Below are positions 38,963-51,693 of a stretch of 64,000 nucleotides of DNA, one piece after another (position 1 is the first letter of the stretch; each line of letters opens with the position of its first letter). This stretch comes from Dimorphilus gyrociliatus (Eukaryota; Animalia; Annelida), in assembly GCA_904063045.1 (NCBI GenBank), contig CAJFCJ010000014.1, positions 1,981,643 to 2,045,642 of the forward strand. The letters are read 5' to 3'. The notes below the pieces were generated by a model that worked only from the letters and a program-made list of their open reading frames with translations, had not been told where the DNA came from and searched no databases. A program made the position numbers and the translations under genes.

Positions 38963-41305
38963 TTATAGTTCAGTTTCAACCCCTCGGTGAGACCTGGCTA
39001 AAGCAAGTTCTTGATGAGCGTACTGATAGCTCTGCGATCTATCATCACCTCCGTCGCGGTGTAAACGTTCCATATTTTGCTGACAATATCTATAGCTAGC
39101 CGTCCTTCCATCGTCAGCCACGTCAACGACTGGATTGTCGTATTCATATTGATTTTGAGTAAAACTTCTATTTACTGGAGCTAGGTTTGGACGTGGAGCT
39201 GGAACTGGAACTGGAGCTGGAACTGGAGCTGGAACTGGAGCTGGAACTGGAGCTTGAGCTGAAACTGGAGCTGGTCCTGGAGCATTAGCATATCGAATTG
39301 GTTCATCCGGATAATATTCTTGTGCACCTGATATCGTGTAGATGGTATTATCCCTTCTCGATTCATAGGCCGAATACGAATTGTTGAGTTGTGCTGGACC
39401 AAGACTATCGAGTCTAGCAATAGGTGGGACGACTACTTGATCTAGATAATTTTAAATAAAATAATCAAAAAGAGAAAAACAAACGCAATTACTGAAAAAG
39501 CAAAACTTGAATCGCTAACGAAGCCTATAGAGATAAAGCTGAGAATGGCTAAAAATGTCTTAAATTGTGTAAGAGCATTCACCTTATAAAAAAAATTTAA
39601 ATAAATAAAATTGCGCAATCTAATATCTGAAATATATTAATATATAATGAAATTAATTAACGTATTATTCCCTATTTATTAACTTATTAATTGAATTAAT
39701 TCTTATGTTATATATTTGTTTAAACAGGTTTTGAACGGTATTTTAGATCTAGATGAAAAGTTAACTTGTTATTTACATTAACTGATTTGACTATTGACAC
39801 TAAACAGTAAAAACAAACTAGGATAATTTGATAAAAGAAATCTGTAAAAAATCGAACAATTGAACAAGAACCTGACTAATTACAATTGAACAAAGAAGAA
39901 GAAAGAAGCTTTTAATTAGCGAACAAACATTAGTATTATGTAATTTCAACTATGATAGTTTACCTTGTTGTTTCGATTGTTGTTGATAAGGTTGTTGCAG
40001 ATCTTCATGTCTTTGATTTAATTGGCTATTAGATTCGAATGCATTATTCATGTATTCTGGCTTCGCAGTTTGTAAATTAGCTTCAACAACTTCAGGAAAA
40101 CTGGGAGGTGGTGCATCTTTTGTATTTTTGCCAGATTTATAATCTCTCCATTCTAAGAAACGTTTCCAACCTTCAGCACAACTGGCTCCTTGCCTATTTA
40201 TTAAAAGATAGAAAATATTAGAGATTTTATCCTATATTATTATAATTATATGGCATATCTATGTATATTGAATGGCATAGTTTTTTGGCAGGTAAATAAA
40301 AAAATAGAAATTCTAACGATAACGATAAGACGTGCTCAGAATGACACTTTATCCAAGTATGATGCGTATTTGCTTTAAAGTTTATAATCTACTTAAAAAA
40401 ATTTCATAATATGGTAAAAGATTAATTATCGAATTAATTAACGTTTATTTGACCTATTTAATATAAGAAAACAATAGTATAGCTATATTCTTATAAGTTG
40501 ATTTCTTTTTATGTTAGAAAGACTTCGATACCTGTTTATTCTTAAAGGAAAAAAGTATACATTAAACAATCATTACTAGTCACGTTTACACCTAAGAAAT
40601 TCTAACGTTTTGCTTTCGATTTATCTATAAAAAGTTAATAAAAATGTTGATTTTGGTAACATAAAAACGTAAAGTGTAAATATTCTTAGCTAAAATATAA
40701 GTAATGGACGATAGAATGAATCAGTTTAATATTAAAAGAGACACGTATGTGCGTAATGTATGCTTTAAAGATTATAATATGCAAATAAACTTACCTATAC
40801 CATAAAACCAGTAAAATGAAGAGTATTACTAAGAAGAATAAACTAATTCCGCCGCAAACTGCTGCCGCAGTCTCGTTGCCTGTAAAAACAAATAAAATAT
40901 AAACAACTTTCCAGATATAAAACAGCGGGTTTTTGTGTTCTTTTGCTTATATCTTATCTAAGTGCCAGAATGCCAGACCAGCTGGAAATAGAGAGTACAA
41001 TCTGCCGTAAAATAACAATATTATCTAACAAACATAACGTAAGGGGTTAACAGAGAATGAGTTTTATATTATACAATTAGATAAAAGACTAGTCGGCTTG
41101 GTTTTTAAACGTCTTTCATACTCTTGAACGTAATTTTTTAAGACGAAATAATAAGAATTCATTAATAAAAATCAATAATATAATCTTCTTTCTAATACCA
41201 ACTTTATGCTAAATCAAGAAAAATAACATTTAATGACATGTCATGAATTGCGTTCACAATTGTGGTTTATTATCAATTCAGATAAAATATGTATCTAAAT
41301 ATCTA

Positions 41306-41340
<35 letters not shown>

Positions 41341-43629
41341 TTATTAGACGATATATGAGTACAGATTTTGTTCGTTGGCGTATGTAATGTCAATATGTTG
41401 TAGGTACATTTATACAATATCCATATGGTATTTTTCCTCGTTCTCTCAATATAGTACGCGCGCTCTTGAACGACAACCTCATAATTCATTTTTTTTTTAA
41501 CATAGTAAAGTTTTGAAAATATGGCACAGAACGTGCTGTACAATCTATTGTTTTATCTTGAATGTTAACGTTTAGAGCGTGTTTGTTACAAAATTTTCAC
41601 ACATAAGCTCTATATTTCTCAAGCTTCTTATTTACTGTTATAAATTATAAATAATAAGAAAAAGTAAGGTAATCCAGTACATTTAGCTGATAACTAAAAA
41701 TGCATTTGATATTTAAGACTTTTACACGCTGGGCAAGTCCAACATAGTCAATAGAATTATTTGCCAAAACCCCTATTGATAAAGGCCTACTTCAAATGTC
41801 CCTACCCCACTTGAATAGATATTAAATTTCCTAAAATAAATCAACCCAAACTATTCCAATTTCCGAATTGATCTCTGGTTCACATGGAAAAAACTAAATT
41901 CCGATTGACGTTTCCCTTTTCTAATCTAGACAGTAGTGCCATTCTTTCAAATCATAGAAGAAGAAAACAGTATACCACAATGCTTCTTATTCTATTGTTT
42001 ATTTCAATTGTAAATAGTTAAAATGTATTTAATGAAGCAAAAAAAGGCCTAAATAAAAAACAATAGTAAATATTTACTTTTCTATTCTTAATTCTTCTTT
42101 AGTTGGAAACTTGCAACATTAAATGCTACGGGTAAAATACTGTACACGAATAGTATACTGTATAGTCGACCAATATAAAACATATGCTTTATGCTATAAA
42201 TTTTACTAATAGAATATATTTAAATATATAATTTATAGTACATACCATCTGTATCGTATAGAATAAATATTCTTCTCATATTTAATATATAATTTGATAT
42301 GTTTAATTATTTTACAGAATGCAAAGACTTAATTTTGAATAGAGATTTGAATATTACTGAATATTTAACAGGTTAATAAAATTTCGTATTTTCTAATACG
42401 ATTGTATTGAATAGAGAAATGAGTAATTGAATCTTAGAAGAGGAGTATTGGACGAAGGAAAATGTCAGGGTTATCAAATCTTTTATGTAAACATAGTAAT
42501 GAATGGAGGCTTTTCTCGCTTCTTTCATCTTATTTTTACAACTTGCCTAAATCAGCTAATGGAAAAGAGTTAATGGAAAAAAGGGAGCATCGATTAAGAC
42601 TAGAAATTATTTTCTGTATTTTCATTCCAAGTTCAATAGATAGATAGAGAGAAAAGACTAATTACTGATATCTATGCGAAACAATACAATATGAACAAAT
42701 TAAATTTATAACCTACTTTTATGTTAGATAGATAAACAGAAAGACGATCTACCGGAGGCTTTTGTCTAATAAATACTGCAAATAGTTTCCTTCAACACTA
42801 ATTACAAATGATGAAAGAGGTAAATTATATTCAATTTTATAGGTGTCTTTCATTCGATTGAAGAATGAAAAGGAAGAGAATTTGAATTGTAAGAAAGAAA
42901 TATGTACAAACCGCTAAATATTTATCCAGCACAGTAAAAAGAGCTTAATATATAAGAGAAACCCTTTAAATATGTATAAATATATATTAATTCAAGTTAG
43001 ATAAATGTCTATACCTTTAGTATTTTAAATAAAATATAAAAAATTTTGAATATAAGAGAGAGAGAGAGAGAGAAGCGATAAATCCTATTCAATTGTATGG
43101 AAATGCCTGGTACAATAATAATGTCATATATATATATATATATTAAATTTAATAGTAATAATAATCAATTTATTAACTAATAAACTATCCATATTTTGTT
43201 ATTTAAATTAAACAGTTGAAATAAACCTATAATAAGCTTTATAATTCATATATCTATAGTAAAAATTCCAATTATTCATCTATAATATCAAAATACAGTA
43301 GACGAATAATGGTAATTTCGTTTATTACTATGTCTTGGATTTTTATAAATCATCTATTATCACTACTTTGTCTACTTTGTCCTTATTGTTAGAACGCAAA
43401 CACAATTAATGTTATTTTTCTGTAGATTTGCACCCTTTTTTATTATTATTTTGTACTATAGACAATATATAGTAATTCAGTAATTTCCCTACGTAGAGAC
43501 TGTACACTCTATTCAATGGAAAACGTGTTGAATCCTAACGTAATTAGGTCAGTACTCATATATCATTTTTAATATTATTTAGAATAATCAAATTATTAAG
43601 AATATATATTTCTTACCTGAAAGCGCCAT
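38963..43629 (-). CDS. Single-pass (type III-like) membrane adaptor protein with Tyr/Pro-rich tail and C-terminal PDZ-binding motif
   Basis: Exons 43617-43629 (MALSG), about 40795-40880 (NETAAAVCGGISLFFLVILFILLVLWY), about 39963-40194 and 38963-about 39441, with phases 1,2,1 all in frame. Ends VETEL. Confidence 0.8.
39194..39283 (-). repeat. Coding 12-bp tandem repeat (CCAGCTCCAGTT) encoding (PAPV)n
   Basis: Seen directly inside the last adaptor exon. Confidence 0.9.
41304..41338. repeat. (TA)n microsatellite
   Basis: Read directly from the sequence. Confidence 0.9.
41715..41945 (+). mobile_element. Possible L1/Tx1-type LINE ORF2 fragment in adaptor intron 1
   Basis: A locally GC-richer stretch translating DFYTLGKSNIVNRII...FRIDLWFTWKK with stops, loosely resembling the post-RT region of Tx1/L1 ORF2. 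Confidence 0.25.
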
Positions 43630-43699
43630 TTTTGCGCCTTTTTTGTAAATCCTTTACCATTCAAATTGCTCTTGCATTCAATATTGTAAATTTTCATCG

Positions 43700-44000
43700 A
43701 TAGCCGAACAATATTGACTGATCTCAAGGTAAGTTACCGTGGCGCCACAGTGCAGCGGTGGCGCTTCGATCAATTATAGGTGAAATTCAAAAAGATTTCG
43801 TAATAAAAAACTTCTTATCTAATTTTAATATTTATTGAAAACATAATTCATTGAATTGTTACGTAATAAACATACTCAGCTAACGAAATGCGCTTATGAC
43901 GTAATTGGATATTTTTGTTATTAATTTAAAGTTATAGTAGCGCCTTCTGTAGGATAATGTATATTCCATAAAGCAGTCTACAACAATTATGGCGGCCGAT
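43700..44000. promoter_or_regulatory. GC-enriched promoter region upstream of the adaptor gene
   Basis: Inverted repeat GCGCCAC...GTGGCGC (43742-43764), CRE-like TGACGTAA with adjacent ATTGG (43897-43908), CTCF-like AGCGCCTTCTGTAGG (43939-43953) and YY1-like ATGGCGGC near 43989. Confidence 0.45.
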
Positions 44001-45030
44001 TTGAAAATGTCAATAGAAAAAAGACAGGAAGTAGGAGAAAAATATAAATATATCATTATTTCTAAAATTAAACTATTAATTCATAAACAAATGGCTAAAA
44101 ATAGATTGATAACATTTATAAATAGTAAAAACTTGAACAGAACAAAAAGTAAGTTCTGAATAAACTTTTGAAAAATGAATTTTATGAATCAAAAATAGAA
44201 GAAGAAAGAAAGAATGAGAAAAACTGTATAAATAATTATATGTATCCGTGCTAAAGTAGGTGTAACTATGTATTAGAGTACAGTTGATCCGATACAGGAA
44301 GAACATATAAATCGATCTAGTTGCTAAGTTGGTATATCAAATTAAGGTGTTTTAAACTATTAGAAATTTGCATATATAAATTATAAATATATATAGATAT
44401 ATATACATATTTATATGCAATTAATTAATAAATTAATGAAATAATTTCCATCTAATTTAAGATTTTTAATTTATGCAATAAATTCAAATTTTATGAATAG
44501 TTCATATAAGGAAAAAAATCTGTTAGCCTTTATGTACAATTCAATTTATGAATACTCTAGATAGGAAAAAAAAGGAAATTGCTTTTCCAAGTTTATCGAC
44601 ACAGTCAATGATACAAAATCCCCATTCTCCGAGTGGACAAAAAGCACATCTAGTTTATGGACATTTTCATACTTTATTCTTTTTGTTTATTTAAAGCTAG
44701 TACTTGAACATGAAATATAATAAACAAGAGATAAATGTATAATATAAAAAATTTAATTTGTAACACGTACTGTCTAATATGCATACATTTTTTTATTTTT
44801 ACCTTCTTCCTTTCTCTTTCTATCCATCTTCAATCGCCTATTCTTTTAATTCTTCTTTTCTTCTATCTATCCTTTTCTTTTATTTTGTTGTATTAATTAG
44901 AGATAATTTTCCACGCAATGTTTATATATATATATAAATTGTATATATATGATCAAGTGTTTGTTCAAACTTTGTTTGTTGAATAAAAAGAAATGAAAAT
45001 AAACAACGTAGTTTGAACAAGTTGAATAGT

Positions 45031-45810
45031 TTAATAGTCAGTTTCTGGTACTTGTAATAGATTCGGTGCTTTGATTATTGATGGTTTTCTCTCCTTAGGA
45101 AAAGATTCTTCATCCCTAAATGTATATATCTTATATAAATATCTTATATATAAAAGTATTGAAAATATTTTCGGATCATATTGCGCAATAATTGATTAAG
45201 AAACAAAGAAACTAAGCAGATTAATTTAGCAGGTGAATATCACATCTACTAATATATGTATATATATATATATCAATTATATATGCGTTATGTCATTTTT
45301 TGTAGCCTTTTAAGGATATAATTCAGTCCAGACAATTACAAGCCATTTAAAAAAATCATAGGCCAATTGAAATCCCATATTTATTCACTTATTCTAGTCT
45401 TCGAAAGAGCTATATTATATATCTTTCCCTTTCTTATGATTTTTAGCTTTTTTATATATTAAAGAAAAAACTTACAATTTAATCTTAATTCTTAAGTTCA
45501 TATTGAAATATTTGAAATTTTTCGCCTTGACAGAAAAGAAAATCTCAAAAAATTGTTCTTGGAAATATCGGGAAACAGATAAAGTACTTCAAAAATTAAT
45601 ATTCGAATATATAACATAAGAAACCTAGTACCTAATAGAACAATAAATGCATAAGGTATAATCGATTTCTATTCGTAAAAACACTAACCTAGTTTGCTTA
45701 TCCTCGTCCATTCTTCTTATAGAATGTATACTTCCAGCTCTTTTTCGACTACTTAAACTTCTTTCCTTGTTATGAGATATTGCTGTAGATTTTGAACCGC
45801 TACAGCCCAT
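45031..45810 (-). CDS. 68-aa disordered protein with N-myristoylation/palmitoylation signal and LxVP motif
   Basis: Exon 1 45689-45810 (MGCSGSK...) and exon 2 45031-45115, joined by a phase-2 GT-AG intron. Product ends RDEESFPKERKPSIIKAPNLLQVPETDY. Confidence 0.7.
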
Positions 45811-46882
45811 AACTTCTTGCTTCTAACGCGTATAGAAAACGTTTGACGGGTAAACGAGTTTAGAGAGCTTTCGATCGTATCTAAGTCTTTCCCGTTTTTC
45901 TACACTAATATGCATATTCATAGTCTAATCCCTATTTGCTGCACGCGATATTCAAATTACTTTTTTAAATCTACCGATTATTTTCAATAGGAAGGCTTCC
46001 GTTATATTATTTAGTATCAGAAAAGATCACCGCATGATCTCCATATCTCTTAAACAGCTTATTGTGCAAAAAGATACTTTAAAGGGTTTAGAGTAAAAAA
46101 GAAAACAAAGAAAACGCTTGATAGTAAGAAGATATTCGCAATAAATAAATCCTACTAATTAATAATACAAGTCTAGTTTTATCGAAATAAGAGAATAAGA
46201 ATAAAAAGAGAGAACATTAAAGAATACGAAAATAAAACTAAGATCTAGAAGTGAAGAAGAAAACATTTAACCATTATACTTTATTCTTTATTATAAAAGT
46301 AATAATATTAACAATAATATTAAATATTAATATATACTATACAGTATAATATAGAAATAAAGCAACCATTTCTTATTAAATAATTAGGTAATATTTATAA
46401 AAAGAAAGTTAATTTCTTCAACGAATTTTAAAACTATCCAACAATTTTATATTGATTTTGAAATATTATTGAATTTTTTATTCTAATAAAGAAAGAATGT
46501 TAAAAATAAGAGAACAAAAACTCTCAATTAGTTTTTCAAAAAGTTATTTATTGGAAAAAAAGATTTTTTTTTTAAAAACGATTGGTTATATCTTGGAAAT
46601 TGCCTTTTTTTTTAGGTAATATTGATAATTTTTTAATATTCTAAAAATAAACAATTTCTTTCTAATTTCATTATTCGATAAAAAGAATAATTGATTTGAA
46701 AATTTTTCATTTATATCTTTATTTCCACATTGTTGACTAGAGAAAAGGTCATAAAATAATGATAAAAAATGAATGAAATGGATTTCTTCGGTTTTTTTTT
46801 AAACTCTTAAAAAAAATGCTATTTTTGCTTCTATTTAATGCGAGAGAGACAGTAGATATTATCTCCTGTAGATGGCGAGAAT

Positions 46883-46926
46883 TATATATATATATATATA
46901 CAGTATACTGTATATATATATATATA
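46883..46926. repeat. Palindrome (TA)n-CAGTATACTG-(TA)n
   Basis: A perfect palindrome of about 42 bp containing both TACAGTA and TACTGTA. Confidence 0.85.
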
Positions 46927-48316
46927 TTTTGAGGAAAACTTCAACTAAATTATAATCATAGATTTTCTGTCAAAGGAAATCATGAACGCATGAAAGACAC
47001 TGTAGAATTCACCCTAAAAATCAATTTACAAAAATCAATAATTACTTTTACTGTCTCCAATGTATAAAAGTATGTCATTCTTTTTCAGATATGATAAGTA
47101 AGAAACGGGATTATTGTCACTTTCGCTGGATCGATAACGATCTCTGAATTTATCGTAAAGAGGATAATAACTTTTTCAAATGGTAATCTCTCTAATTTCT
47201 TTATACAATTTACTGACTGACGAAAGTATAATGCCTTGTATAGAGTTAGATTCCCTTGCAGCACCTTGTGGTAGGTTGAGTTTATATGGGAGGTGACTAC
47301 AATTTGTCTTTCTACTAATCAAAATTTAGAATGTTGTTACGTCACAAATATGTGAGAACCTTAGTAAATTTGTTTGCTACAGTCAAATTTCTCTGACTGT
47401 GAGAGTGCTATTTACAAATTTCAGCCAAGGTTAGATACTTTGCAAGTTTCTTACAGTTCCACTATCGAAATGGAGTATTAGAGGAGAAGATTTTTTAGTA
47501 CCTTTCACCCACTTACAAGTCCTTTCTATTGTAAGAGTTATAAACTAAAATATTTGGTCGGTTGGTCCCTAAAGCATATTCACCAGTAATCTCAATCAGG
47601 TAACTCCTAGAGTCTATCAAACAAATTTGCCACCTACTGTTAAAATCCGCTCACAATGTAAGTTTTAAAACTGTATGAGATCCTCTATTATTCCTATACA
47701 AAGCACATATGATACGCTGGATACGCTATACATATAAATGAATATTTACTTTTTACTTTACACAGTACATGTCATACGTTCTTCCATGAAGCAATTGTAC
47801 TAATTGCATTATTATTTCCTTTTTGGCTACACTTAATTAGTGATTAATAAAGAAAAAGAAATGCGTGACAAAGTTAAGTTCGTTAAAATTCTTCCCTAGT
47901 CATAACATATATACTGTATAAACTAGGGTGATAAAAAGACGCTTACGAACATTTCACTGATCAAGTTTTCTGTAAAACACATCACTTTTCATATTAAAAT
48001 GCTCAATTTTATAAAATCTCGTCAACTGGGAAATATAAATTTAAATTTCTATAGTTTTATTTATAAAAAGTAAACGTAAATGATTAGAAAGTATGAATTA
48101 TAAGTATTATAATTATTATGTTCTATATTTAAATGGAAAAAGAAGAAATTGATTATAAAAACATTTATTCCTTTATTTAGGCAAAGTAAAAATATAAATT
48201 ATGATTTGATATCTTTATCTTTGAATTCATAAATTAACATCTGCATGTTGAAATTCCGTTAAATTATTATGATTAGTATGAGAACTGCTGAGGAAGTAAA
48301 AATACTGACGTATTAT

Positions 48317-51046
48317 TTATAAAAGCACCAATTCTTCAACTTGATCTTCTATTTCATCCAGCATATCTGGTGGTGTTTTTGAATTTGTTCTTCCTTTAGG
48401 TTTATTAGATTGAGTATTTATCTCTGGTGATTCGATTTTATTAGTATCAATCGAATTCTGATTAGATAGCAAATTCTTTTTGATAGGCTTTTTAGCAGAA
48501 GAGGAGAATGAAGAATAGTACGAGTTATCATCATCTTTAATAATATCATTTACAGGTCTATTCCAAAGATCTTCGTCTTTTTCATTTTGACTTTTATTAG
48601 CGTCCATTGCAGCTAACTTTTCCTTAAGAGCATTCAACTGTTTTCTCTTTTCCTTAGCAATGGCAGCTTCTTTTGCCTTTTCCTTTTCTTCTCTATCGTT
48701 TTTTAATTTCTCCTCGCGAGCTTTTTTCTCACTTTCTAATTTCCTCCTTTTTTCTTCTTCTTCCTTGAGTTTTTTATCAATTTCTTCTTGTTCTTTTCTT
48801 TCTTTTTGTATTCTTTCTTTATATGCAATTTCCTCTAATTCCTTACTCTTCTTTTGTAGCTCTTCGAATTCGTCTCTTTCATTTTGATCTCGTATCTCAT
48901 CTTGTCTTCTCTTATCAATATCAAAATTTTTTCTTCCATAAGGACTCTTTGACGGAGAGCCATTTTTTTCTCTTCGTTGATTTTCATGCATTTTATAATC
49001 GTATTTGTCAATTTCGACAAATTTTTCCCTTAAATCCCTTTCAAATTCCTTTTAAATGGGACAAAAGAAAAGAAAATATATGTTAAAAACTTAATAAATG
49101 ATAGTAAATAAATAAAAAAAGACCTCTTTTTTAATTTTGTAATTTTTTCGAACTTTTCCATCATAAATGAAATAATTTTCTCTTCCTCTCCTCTCAATCT
49201 CTTTTCCTAAAGATTTAAGAGAATCGGAACGATGTCGCGGTGAGGAAAGTACTGGAGAAACAGATTTAGGTAATTTATGAGGAATCTTTACAATTCTTCT
49301 ACTATAGACATTTCTAATATCCAATTCTTTTTCTTTCTCCTAGTAGATAAAAAAAAAGATAAAAGATTATGTAGCATATTTAAACATATCTGATTTTTCA
49401 TTTAAAACAGTTAGAGTACATGAATATACTGACAGTATAACGTTAATTTAGCAAGTTATTAGGACTATATAAAATTATATAACAACTTGTTAAAACAACA
49501 TAAAACAATAACAACAATATAGTATACTGTACATAGTAGAATACTAGTAGCTTCTTAGTTGGATAGTTAGAATAAGGGAGATTAGTCTTTTTTTTAAAAA
49601 AAAAGAATTGAATAGTACACAAAATCATGTGAATATACAATATATGTATATAGTATTAAATATGGAGAAATAGATATAATAAGAAACATCAAAAAGCTAG
49701 TTACTAACAAAAGTTAGAGAGAGAGAGAGAGAGATTAAAACATTTAAGATAATTAATGTATATTATTTACAGTTCTAAAAAAACGAGTACTTTTTACTAT
49801 GGACTTTGATATTTTCGCCAAATGTTTCTGTTGAATTTGTTTGAATTTTTAAAATAAAGAATTTGAGTAGAAGAAGTAAAATTCAAAGACTTTGTCATTT
49901 TTTTTCGTTAAATATAGAATTATTTAAGAATACTTATATAATAATAATTTTACTATAATACCTTTAATTTAACTTTAAGAATATCAGCTTCCTCTTCCAT
50001 ATCTTCAATTCTCTGAAGTAATCTCTTATACTTTCCCTTAAATGATTTAATTTCATGACTATGATTATTCTTAGAGTTTTCGAGGCAAAGTTCCATACTC
50101 TTGTTAAAAAACATTAGAAAATTTATATATAAATATAAATAATACTTTAATATTGACGTTAAAGATTTAATATTCAAACATACGTCGGCTTTTTTCTCAG
50201 CTTCTGCTGCTTTTTTCTCTACTTTTTCAAGTTTTGATTGTAAATCGATTCTTTCTTGAATATGATTATCTTCCGATATCTTTTTAAGCTTCTTTATTTC
50301 TCTTTTTAATTTATTTATTTCAAAATCGTCATCTTTTAATTTATCATTAATTTCCTCTTCAATATCTTCTTGCCTTCTCAACTGCTCTTGTAAATTGCGT
50401 AACTCGGCTATTTGACTTTTTAAAACTGATGGTAGATTTGCATGCGCATGTTCATATTTATAAATTGATCTTTCTTGTATTCTTTGCTGTTTCTTTAAAA
50501 TTGCATTCTCCATTTTAACTTCTTTCACTTCCATTTGTAATTCATTAATTCGATTCCGAAATTCGGATGATTTCATTAATCTTGGAGATTTTCTCTTCAT
50601 TCCCGTGTGTTGATTACGAGGAGAATAGTTAGACTGATTTGTCCTACGTCCTTTATTACCCATAGTCTTTTTAGTGAGCCTTCCGTGAACTAATAAAAAT
50701 AAATTATTACAATAAATATCTATAAAGTAATTCTCTGCATTAGGAGCCATATACACTCGGTTAAGCTGCAAGTCAATTTGCACTAACTAATTAATATATC
50801 GATTTCAATTGAATTAAGAACATTCTTAATGGAAAGCAAATAGATAAGTTAAAAGCGAAATCATTTATCATCATTACAATGAAATATTTGATCTCTTCTA
50901 CTATTTTATTTACCTTTCTGATCTTCAGTAATTCTCGTACTCCTTCCATCATCCGTTTCAAAATTTTCGGAATAATTTGAATATTTATCAGAGAATTTAT
51001 CAGTATCTAAAGTTAATCTACTACGATTGCTAGGACTCTTCGGCAT
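48317..51046 (-). CDS. LCA5: Lebercilin (LCA5/LCA5L)-like coiled-coil ciliary protein
   Basis: Five exons from ATG 51046. The coiled coil INELQMEVKEVKMENAILKKQQRIQERSIYKYE...LPSVLKSQIAELRNLQEQLRR and the motif KEKEKELDIRNVYSRR match the lebercilin domain pattern. Confidence 0.8.
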
Positions 51047-51693
51047 AGCTTTCTCTTTCTTTTCTTATCAATATTAAAAAGAAGGATATTGGACGTTTTT
51101 ATTAAACATTCTCTTAAACTGATACGGTCTCTCAAGCAGAACACATTAGAAACTAATCAATGACTATGATTACAAAAAGTCGATTTAACTCAGCAATGTA
51201 TTCCAAAGAGAGCGTCTCGTTGCTCGGTAACCTACGATAATGTAAATTTTAAACTAGCTCCACCTAGTCCCTCTGTTAAATTATTAACTATTTGTTTAAT
51301 TGAAAATCGTTGGAGAATGAACAATTTTCTTTAAACATGAATATTTAATAGTTAAAGAAAAGATGAAACCAAGAAATTTCATATCATAAATGGCTTAAAT
51401 TTTCGTTACGATAATTTTTAGTTCACTTTCCCCAATGTATCTATCTTTACGTGAACAGTACGGAATTCTATAAATAGATTATAATCGTTAAACCGCAAAG
51501 AGAATACCTTGTTTTTTTAAAAAAAAAAACTATTTTGATTGTGAATCATAAACTATAGTAATAAACTATTCATTTTCACACAAATTGGCTTATAAAATAT
51601 CTTTTATCTATTGCATATTATTATAATTCGTCAACAGCCTATCTAATTACTTTAATTATGTGTTTTTCATTAGCAATAACAATATTATGAGCG

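Noticed and set aside
39181-39420. ORF-track protein with a (QLQF)n repeat
   Set aside because: It is an alternative frame of the (PAPV)n repeat in the adaptor's last exon and has no coherent splice context.
48660-49086. Ser/Phe/Leu-rich plus-strand ORFs and the 48835-49020 alternative frame
   Set aside because: Antisense or alternative frames of the Glu/Lys-rich lebercilin exon.
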